Assembly (NCBI GenBank): GCA_963665845.2
Contig: OY762492.1
Location: 1,824,001 to 1,888,000 of the forward strand
Reading direction: 5' to 3'
Source: Candidatus Poribacteria bacterium
Lineage (GTDB): Bacteria; Poribacteria; WGA-4E; GCA-2687025
Length of the DNA: 64,000 nucleotides
Shown in pieces: positions 57,487 to 64,000 of the stretch. The translations under genes were made by a program, and so were the position numbers. Within the stretch, counting starts at the first letter, position 1. Each line of letters opens with the position of its first letter. The notes below the pieces were generated by a model. It was not told the origin of the DNA and searched no databases. It was given only the letters and a program-made list of their open reading frames with translations.

Positions 57487-59823
57487 TCATTTCAACAGAA
57501 CCATGCGCCGCGTCTCTGAAAAGCCGCCCGCCTCAATGCGGACGAAATAGACGCCGCTGGCGGCGGGCGCGCCGAGAGCGTCCTTGCCGTCCCAGTACGC
57601 CGCCTTCTCTTTAACGCGGTAGGAACCTACCGGCAGTTCGCCCAGCTCCAACCGCCTGACGGTTTGACCCGCCGAGTCGTAGATCGTTATCGTCACGGCG
57701 CTTTCTTGCGCCAGATCGAACGGGATCCAGGTTTCAGGGTTGAACGGGTTTGGGTAATTCGGGAGGAGCGCGTTCTTGAATAAATGAGGCGAATTCGGGC
57801 GCTTCACGTCTGACCAGAAAATCGGCAGGTCTTCAACGCGCCACAGTAAAACGCGCCCGTCTTTTCCGCCGCTGATGAGCGAACGGCTGTCGGGAGAAAA
57901 CTCAACCGAATTCACATGCCCGAAATGCCCCTTCAGCGTTTTCTTCAGCGCAAACGTTTCGGCGCTCCAAATCCGTACCGTTCCATCCTCGCCCGCGCCG
58001 GCGATATGCTTGCCGTCAGGCGAGTACGCCATCGTCTGAACGACGCCTTCATGCCCAGCCGTCTTTCCCTTTAACGCGCCATTTTCGGCGCTCCAGACGC
58101 GCACAGTGGAGCGTTCTCCTCCAACCGCTATCGATCTCCCGTCCGGCGACAACGCCAACGCGCCATAGGACCCGAGCCCTTCCGCCGTTCGAAGAAGCTC
58201 CCTCGTCTCCACATCCCAAAGATGGACGATCCCCCCTCCCCCAGCGGCGGCTAAAACGGTTCCGTCTTGTGAAAACGACAAATGAGAAGCCCATCCGCTC
58301 GGAGACGCGAGCGCGTCCGTTGCCTCGCCCGTTGAGATGTCCAGAAAGCGCACGATCTCTTTTTTAACGAGCCTGTTGTTGAAGGCGAGCGTCTTCCCGT
58401 CAGGAGAGTAGGCAAACGAACTTGGAGAGTAGCCTTTCAATTCCACAATCTGCTCTCCCGTCTCCGCGTCCCATACGCCGATCGCATACTGCTCGCTGAA
58501 GCCGGCGACGGTCCGCCCGTCCGGCGAAAACGCGGACGGTCCAGGATAAGCTCTGATGCGCCTCTTCTCCTCCCCTGTCGAAACATCCCAAATGTGAATC
58601 CCGCTGCTCGTAGAGTACGCGTCAACGCCGGAAGTGGCGACCGAAAGCCCATCCGGCGAAAACGAAACCGACCGGATCGGGGAGCTGCCCGGTATCCTGT
58701 ATTCAGCCTGCTTTTGCGCCTGAACATCCCAATAATGAAACGGAGCGGCGGCGGCTAGATAAGAAGAATAACCCGCCAACCGACCTTTCGACGCGAATAG
58801 AAGATTCGTTGTTTCTGGATTCTCAACAGCCGCCAACCGCTCGTTTTTCTTCGGATCCCAAACCTGAATCGTCATGGTACGATTTAAGACGTCTCTTTTA
58901 AAGGCGGCGATGGTTCGGCTGTCCGGCGAAAAGCCGGCAAAGCCGAAGCCGTCGGGCATCTCCATCAACGCTTCGCCCGTACTCAAATCCCAAATGCAGT
59001 TTTTCGCTCCGCTTCTTCCCGCGGCGGCGCTTCCGTCAGGCGCAAACGCCGCATAGGTCAAACCTTCCCCAATGACGCGCAGGCGCTCGCCCGTTGCCGC
59101 ATCCCAAACATAAACCGACGCAACCCGCTCAAAAAATTCCCCCGTGTAGTTGACGCTCGCAAGCGATCGGTTGTCAGGCAAAAACATAATCCGATACCGG
59201 GATGGATAAATCAAGTTGCCCCGCACATCGACAGGCGTATTGAACCGAGTTTTTAACTGCGCCGTTTCCACATCCCAAACATAAACGGCTTCCTTTCCCG
59301 CGCCGGCGAGAAGCCGCCCGTCATGTGAAAACGCCAGCGACTGTATCGGTTCGCCGACCAGCTCAACCGCCGACAGCGTCTCTCCCGTTTCCACATCCCA
59401 AACATAAATCCGCTCCTCCCTTTTGCTTGCGGCAATCGTCCGATTGTCAGGCGAGAAAGCGATGGCTCCGTAATAGCCGAGTTCGTTTGAAACAGCCAGC
59501 ATCTTGCCCGTTTCCACATCCCAAATGCGGGCGTTGTAATAACTAGAGGAAATGAGGTATCGGTCGTCCGCCCAAAACTTCAACCAGTCCACCTCATAAT
59601 CGTACGCTCCAAGCGTTGAGACCGGCTCCCCCGTTTCAGCTCTCCATAGACCGACCAATCCGTTCGTGTCCCCTGTGGCAAGCAGCTCCCCATTGGAAGA
59701 CAACGCCGCCCGCCAGATGGTTCCTGGGGGCCGCCCAACAAGCGTCTGCGCCTCCCCCTTTTCAACCGGCAAGCAAACTGCCGCCAACGCCGCCAAAATC
59801 CATGCCGCCGCGCTTTTTCTCAT
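57487..59823 (-). CDS. Secreted WD40-repeat protein with FlgD-Ig/T9SS-type C-terminal domain
   Basis: Signal peptide, many FSPDG...WD repeats, LLPNYPNPFNPETWIPF...WDGKD...ASGVYF...MVLLK. Confidence 0.9.
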   Translation of the reverse strand: MRKSAAAWILAALAAVCLPVEKGEAQTLVGRPPGTIWRAALSSNGELLATGDTNGLVGLWRAETGEPVSTLGAYDYEVDWLKFWADDRYLISSSYYNARIWDVETGKMLAVSNELGYYGAIAFSPDNRTIAASKREERIYVWDVETGETLSAVELVGEPIQSLAFSHDGRLLAGAGKEAVYVWDVETAQLKTRFNTPVDVRGNLIYPSRYRIMFLPDNRSLASVNYTGEFFERVASVYVWDAATGERLRVIGEGLTYAAFAPDGSAAAGRSGAKNCIWDLSTGEALMEMPDGFGFAGFSPDSRTIAAFKRDVLNRTMTIQVWDPKKNERLAAVENPETTNLLFASKGRLAGYSSYLAAAAPFHYWDVQAQKQAEYRIPGSSPIRSVSFSPDGLSVATSGVDAYSTSSGIHIWDVSTGEEKRRIRAYPGPSAFSPDGRTVAGFSEQYAIGVWDAETGEQIVELKGYSPSSFAYSPDGKTLAFNNRLVKKEIVRFLDISTGEATDALASPSGWASHLSFSQDGTVLAAAGGGGIVHLWDVETRELLRTAEGLGSYGALALSPDGRSIAVGGERSTVRVWSAENGALKGKTAGHEGVVQTMAYSPDGKHIAGAGEDGTVRIWSAETFALKKTLKGHFGHVNSVEFSPDSRSLISGGKDGRVLLWRVEDLPIFWSDVKRPNSPHLFKNALLPNYPNPFNPETWIPFDLAQESAVTITIYDSAGQTVRRLELGELPVGSYRVKEKAAYWDGKDALGAPAASGVYFVRIEAGGFSETRRMVLLK

Positions 59824-59835
59824 CTCATCCGCCTT

Positions 59836-62100
59836 TCATTTCAACAGAACCATGCGCCGCGTTTCTGAAAAGCTGCCCGCCTCAATGCGGACAAAATAGA
59901 CGCCGCTGGCGGCAGGCGCGCCGAGGGCGTCCTTGCCGTCCCAGTACGCCGCCTTCTCTTTAGCGCGGTAGGAACCCGCCGCCAATTCGCCCAGCTCCAT
60001 GCGCCTGACCGCTTGACCCGCCGAGTCGTAGATCGTTATCGCCGCGGCGCTTTCTTGCGCCAAATCGAACGGGATCCACGTTTCGGGGTTGAACGGGTTC
60101 GGGTAATTCGGCAGAAGAGTCGTCTGCAATAGCCGAGAATTCGGCTGCCGAAAGTCGGACCAAAGGACAGGCAAATTCTCAAGCAGCCATAGCAGGACGC
60201 GCCCATCCTTCCCGCCGCTGATGAGCGAACTGCTGTCGGGGGAAAACGCGACCGAATTCACCCGCCCTACATGCCCCGACAACGTTCGTTCCAGCTGAAA
60301 CGTCTTCGCGTTCCAAAGCAGTATCAACCCGTCGTTTCCCGCGCTGGCGATCGTCTCTCCGTCTGGAGAATACGCGACGGAATATACATACTTCTTATGC
60401 CCTCTCAGATTTGTCCGAAGATAGCCGCGCTCCGCGCTCCAAATCCGCACAACCAAGTCCTTCCCGCTGGAAACAAGCGTTTTCCCGTCCGGCGAAAAGG
60501 CGATCTCATCCGCCTCCGCGATGCCCACGATGTTTATCGATTGTTTCAGCTCGTCTGTTTCCGTATCCCAAAGGCGAATCGACTCCTCGCCTGCCGCGGC
60601 GAATGCCGCCCCGTCCGGCGAATACGCGATCGCTTGAATGCTGCTGTCATGCTCGTAGGTCTTCTTTAAACGCGCGCTTTTTGCGGCGTCCCAAAAATAC
60701 ACCTTTTTCGTGGCATTACCGACCACATAAGCGAGCGTCTTTCCGTCTGGAGAATAGGCGACCTGCCCCATAAGAGCTTTAGCAATCTCTGCAATCGTCT
60801 CCCCTGTCGGAACTTTCACCGCTTCAAAGCTCACGCCATCGTTGGATGCTACGGTACGGCCGTCCGGCGACAGCGCCGCAGCGCCGGTGGAGGCGGGTGT
60901 CCACATGCGCAGTTCCCCTGTCGACGCGTTCCAAATGCGGGCTATATAGCTCCAATCCCCTCCGACGCTCAAAACGCTTCTGCCGTCTTGGGAAAACTGA
61001 ACCGAGACGACCTCCGATCCATGCCCCTCCAACCCTTGATGCGTCTGAAGCGTCTCTGCATCGTAAATAGCGATGTCCAAGCCGGCAAGCCCGACGATCC
61101 GCGTTGAGTCCGGCGAAAATCTCATTTTATACACGTGGATTTCCCGCTCAACTTTCAACGCCCCTGTCTCAACATCCCATACCCCGAACGAATCTACATC
61201 CGTTCGCCCGGCGGCCAGCTTGCCGTCGGGGGAAAATCCCAGAAACGAGTACACCCCCTCCAGCTCCGATTTGACCGCCCCTGTTTTCACATCCCATAGC
61301 AATATCTTACGCCAAGCCGACGTTTCCTTTTCGCCGTAAGTCGCCAGCGTTGCGCTGTCCGGCGAAAGATAGGCGCGGTACAGACCGGCGTCATAAGACC
61401 GCTTCACCTCGCCCGTAAGCGCGTCCAAAAGATGAACGGCGACGACGTTATCGGCGCGAAAGCTAACAGCAGCGATCGTTCGGCTGTCCGGCAGAAAGAC
61501 CAGATCGCTCAAGTCTTCCGGCGTTTCGATCAAGGCGGTCAGCTTCCCCGTTTTCAAATTCCAAACCTCAACCTGTCCCTCTTCCTCGCAGGCGGCGAGC
61601 CGTCCGTCAGGAGATAGATTCGCTCGAAAAACTATGCCGAAAGAGCTCTTCATTTCCGTTAAAATCCTGCCTGTTTCCGCATCCCGCAGGCGCAAAACTC
61701 CTTCACGACCGCTGGCGATAAACGCCTTGCTGTCCGGCGTAAAGGCGGGGTAGGAACAAAGATACTCATCCTGCGGCAACCGCTCTGGTTTTCCTGTCTC
61801 AACATGCCAATAAGCTTTTCCTGGATAGGCGGCGAGGTAACGTCCATTCGGAGAAAAATACAGCCCATATATCCAAGATTTCCCGTCAATGATTCGCAAT
61901 AATTCGCTTGTCTCCGCGTCCCATATGCGAATCAAAGAGTTTTCCCCGACGCTGGCGATCCTCTTGCCGTCATGCGAGAATTCCGCCCATCTTGCCACCC
62001 CCTGGTGACGCCCAATTTGCCTCTGCGCCTCACCGCTCTCAACCCAGAAACAGAGCGCCGCCAAACCCGCCAAAACCGATGCCGCTGCCCGTGTCATCAT
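59836..62100 (-). CDS. Secreted WD40-repeat protein with FlgD-Ig/T9SS-type C-terminal domain
   Basis: Same architecture; AAGGAG RBS. Confidence 0.9.
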   Translation of the reverse strand: MMTRAAASVLAGLAALCFWVESGEAQRQIGRHQGVARWAEFSHDGKRIASVGENSLIRIWDAETSELLRIIDGKSWIYGLYFSPNGRYLAAYPGKAYWHVETGKPERLPQDEYLCSYPAFTPDSKAFIASGREGVLRLRDAETGRILTEMKSSFGIVFRANLSPDGRLAACEEEGQVEVWNLKTGKLTALIETPEDLSDLVFLPDSRTIAAVSFRADNVVAVHLLDALTGEVKRSYDAGLYRAYLSPDSATLATYGEKETSAWRKILLWDVKTGAVKSELEGVYSFLGFSPDGKLAAGRTDVDSFGVWDVETGALKVEREIHVYKMRFSPDSTRIVGLAGLDIAIYDAETLQTHQGLEGHGSEVVSVQFSQDGRSVLSVGGDWSYIARIWNASTGELRMWTPASTGAAALSPDGRTVASNDGVSFEAVKVPTGETIAEIAKALMGQVAYSPDGKTLAYVVGNATKKVYFWDAAKSARLKKTYEHDSSIQAIAYSPDGAAFAAAGEESIRLWDTETDELKQSINIVGIAEADEIAFSPDGKTLVSSGKDLVVRIWSAERGYLRTNLRGHKKYVYSVAYSPDGETIASAGNDGLILLWNAKTFQLERTLSGHVGRVNSVAFSPDSSSLISGGKDGRVLLWLLENLPVLWSDFRQPNSRLLQTTLLPNYPNPFNPETWIPFDLAQESAAAITIYDSAGQAVRRMELGELAAGSYRAKEKAAYWDGKDALGAPAASGVYFVRIEAGSFSETRRMVLLK

Positions 62101-62112
62101 CCAATCTCCTTT

Positions 62113-63999
62113 TTATTTCAACAGAACCATGCGCCGCGTTTCTGAAAAGCTGCCCGCCTCAATGCGGACGAAATAGACGCCGCTGGCGGCGGGCGCGCCG
62201 AGGGCGTCCTTGCCGTCCCAGTACGCCGCTTTCTCTTTAGCGCGGTAGGAACCTGCCGGCAGTTCGCCCAGCTCCAACCGCCTGACCGTTTGACCCGCCG
62301 AGTCGTAGATTGAGATCGTCACGGCTCTTTCTTGCGCCAAATCGAACGGGATCCACGTTTCGGGGTTGAACGGGTTCGGGTAATTCGGCAGAAGCGCGTT
62401 CTTGAAAAGAAGAGGCGAATTAGGGCGTTTAACGTCTGACCAGAAAACAGGTTGATCTTCAAACCTCCACAGCAGAACGCGCCCGTCTTTTCCGCCGCTC
62501 ACAAGCGAACGGCTGTCGGGAGAAAACGCGACCGCGTTCACCCACCCGACATGCCCTCTAAACGTCTTCTTCAGCGCAAATGTTTTGGCGCTCCAAATCC
62601 GTACCGTCCCGTCCTTTCCTCCGCTGGCGATATGCTGTCCGTCAGGCGAATACGCCAAAGCATAAACGGCGCCCTCATGACCGATCATCTTTCCTCTCAA
62701 CGCGCCGTTCTTCGCGCTCCAAACGCGCGCGATGGAGTCTTCTCCTCCAACCGCTATGGATCCTCCGCTCGGCGACAACGCCAGCGCATGAACAGACTTG
62801 ACCCCTTCCACGGTGCGAAGAATCTCCCGCGTCTCCACATCCCAAAGATGGACGTTTACCTCGCTCCCAGAAGCGGCTAAAACGGTTCCGTCTTCTGAAA
62901 ACGCCAGATTAGAAGCCCATCCGCTCGGAGACGTGAACGCCTCCTCCGTCCTTCCCGTTAAGACGTTCAAGAAACGTATGTCGCCGCGGCGATTGGCCGC
63001 ATTGTTGTTGAAGGCGATCTTCTTTCCGTCGGGAGAATAGGCAAACGAACTGGGAGAGTAACCTCTCAATTCCATGATCGTCCTCCCCGTTTCCGCGTCC
63101 CATACGCCGATCATATTGTTGTAGCTGACGCTGGCGATGGTTTGCCCATCCGGCGAAAACGCGGACGGTCCAGAATAGGTTCTGATATGCCTCTTCTCCT
63201 CTCCGGTTGAAACATCCCAGATGCGAATGCCCTCATCGGCGCCCCATATATCGTTGCAGGAGCTGGCGACAGAAAGCCCATCCGGTGAAAACGACAGAGA
63301 CGCAATCTCCGAACTTCCCGCAACGAAGAATTGAGCGTTCAGCCGCCCCTGGATGTCCAAACGAGCGAACTCGGCCTCCCGAAGCGGCATGAACATCCTC
63401 GCCAAAAGCAGGCTGTTTGAGGAGAGCAGGACATAGTTCCGATTGCCAGCCTCTACGACCGACGCCAGATCCGTTGCCTCTACATCCCAAATCTGAATCG
63501 TCCTCGTACCGCGTTCCCTGTTGTCTCTTGAAGCGGCCATGAATCGGCTGTCAGGCGAGAAAACCGGCGGGCTAAAACCTTCCTCAAACATGATCAGCTC
63601 CTCACCCGTTCTCGGGTCCCAAAGACCGGCCTTCCCGCCGTTGTACGCCGTCAGCGCGCTCCCGTCCGGCGCAAACCTAACGTTCGTGAGATTCCCGCCA
63701 AACTCAAGCAGATTCTGCCCAGTTTCCACATCCCAAACATGGACAGACGCAACAACCTTTTGGTCGTACTTTGTATAGCTGACGCTGGCGATGGAGCGGT
63801 TGTCTGGAAGGAACGCAATGCGGCCATCATACGGATACGGCTGCCACCATCCCCGCGAATCGACCGGGGTCTTGAAGCGCGTTTTCAGCTCCCCTGCGGC
63901 TGCGTCCCAAATATACGCTTCCTCATCCCCGGCGCCGGCGGCAAGCCGCCCGTCATGCGAAAAAACAAGCGATGCGATCTCCTCGCTGGAAGCCTCCAG
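62113..63999 (-). CDS. WD40-repeat protein with FlgD-Ig/T9SS-type C-terminal domain (5' end beyond the window)
   Basis: Frame stays open to the window edge (LEASSEEIASLVFSHDGR...); closest to 57487-59823. Confidence 0.9.
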   Translation of the reverse strand: MEASSEEIASLVFSHDGRLAAGAGDEEAYIWDAAAGELKTRFKTPVDSRGWWQPYPYDGRIAFLPDNRSIASVSYTKYDQKVVASVHVWDVETGQNLLEFGGNLTNVRFAPDGSALTAYNGGKAGLWDPRTGEELIMFEEGFSPPVFSPDSRFMAASRDNRERGTRTIQIWDVEATDLASVVEAGNRNYVLLSSNSLLLARMFMPLREAEFARLDIQGRLNAQFFVAGSSEIASLSFSPDGLSVASSCNDIWGADEGIRIWDVSTGEEKRHIRTYSGPSAFSPDGQTIASVSYNNMIGVWDAETGRTIMELRGYSPSSFAYSPDGKKIAFNNNAANRRGDIRFLNVLTGRTEEAFTSPSGWASNLAFSEDGTVLAASGSEVNVHLWDVETREILRTVEGVKSVHALALSPSGGSIAVGGEDSIARVWSAKNGALRGKMIGHEGAVYALAYSPDGQHIASGGKDGTVRIWSAKTFALKKTFRGHVGWVNAVAFSPDSRSLVSGGKDGRVLLWRFEDQPVFWSDVKRPNSPLLFKNALLPNYPNPFNPETWIPFDLAQERAVTISIYDSAGQTVRRLELGELPAGSYRAKEKAAYWDGKDALGAPAASGVYFVRIEAGSFSETRRMVLLK

Positions 64000-64000
64000 C

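Noticed and set aside
57487-63999. Diversity-generating retroelement or shufflon acting on the repeated C-termini
   Set aside because: No reverse transcriptase or invertase is present, differences are not adenine-specific, and the repeats are direct and in-frame parts of complete genes

Overview
GC-rich bacterial chromosome segment, most likely Candidatus Poribacteria (inferred from the 'NYPNPFNPETWIPF' C-terminal domains, the W-x-x-L-K tail motif and the abundance of WD40, TPR and FG-GAP proteins). Housekeeping content: the 3' end of a cytochrome c oxidase/heme-A operon with an ABC-2 transporter, trpF, a Klenow-only family-A polymerase, dtd, xerD, ligA, accD and topA. Accessory content: (i) a porU-porV-like pair, a second PorV-family gene and three tandem WD40 proteins with near-identical FlgD-Ig/T9SS-type C-terminal domains, suggesting a T9SS-like sorting system outside Bacteroidota; (ii) an ABC-type ATPase + DUF3226/TOPRIM pair beside an MTase whose fused HNH looks inactivated, two orphan MTases, and an IS1-truncated MTase-Mrr remnant; (iii) a stand-alone 1334-aa multiheme cytochrome c; (iv) a sigma54-driven two-gene cassette bracketed by 48-bp direct repeats; (v) mosaic intergenic hairpins (ATTCCC-N8-GGGAAT and CCCCTTGAAAAGGGG types) carrying about 20-22-nt GNRA-loop hairpins inserted into one another, plus a 168-bp MITE with a 6-bp target-site duplication. 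No tRNA, rRNA or CRISPR array was recognised. All family calls come from motif recognition by eye; no database search was run.
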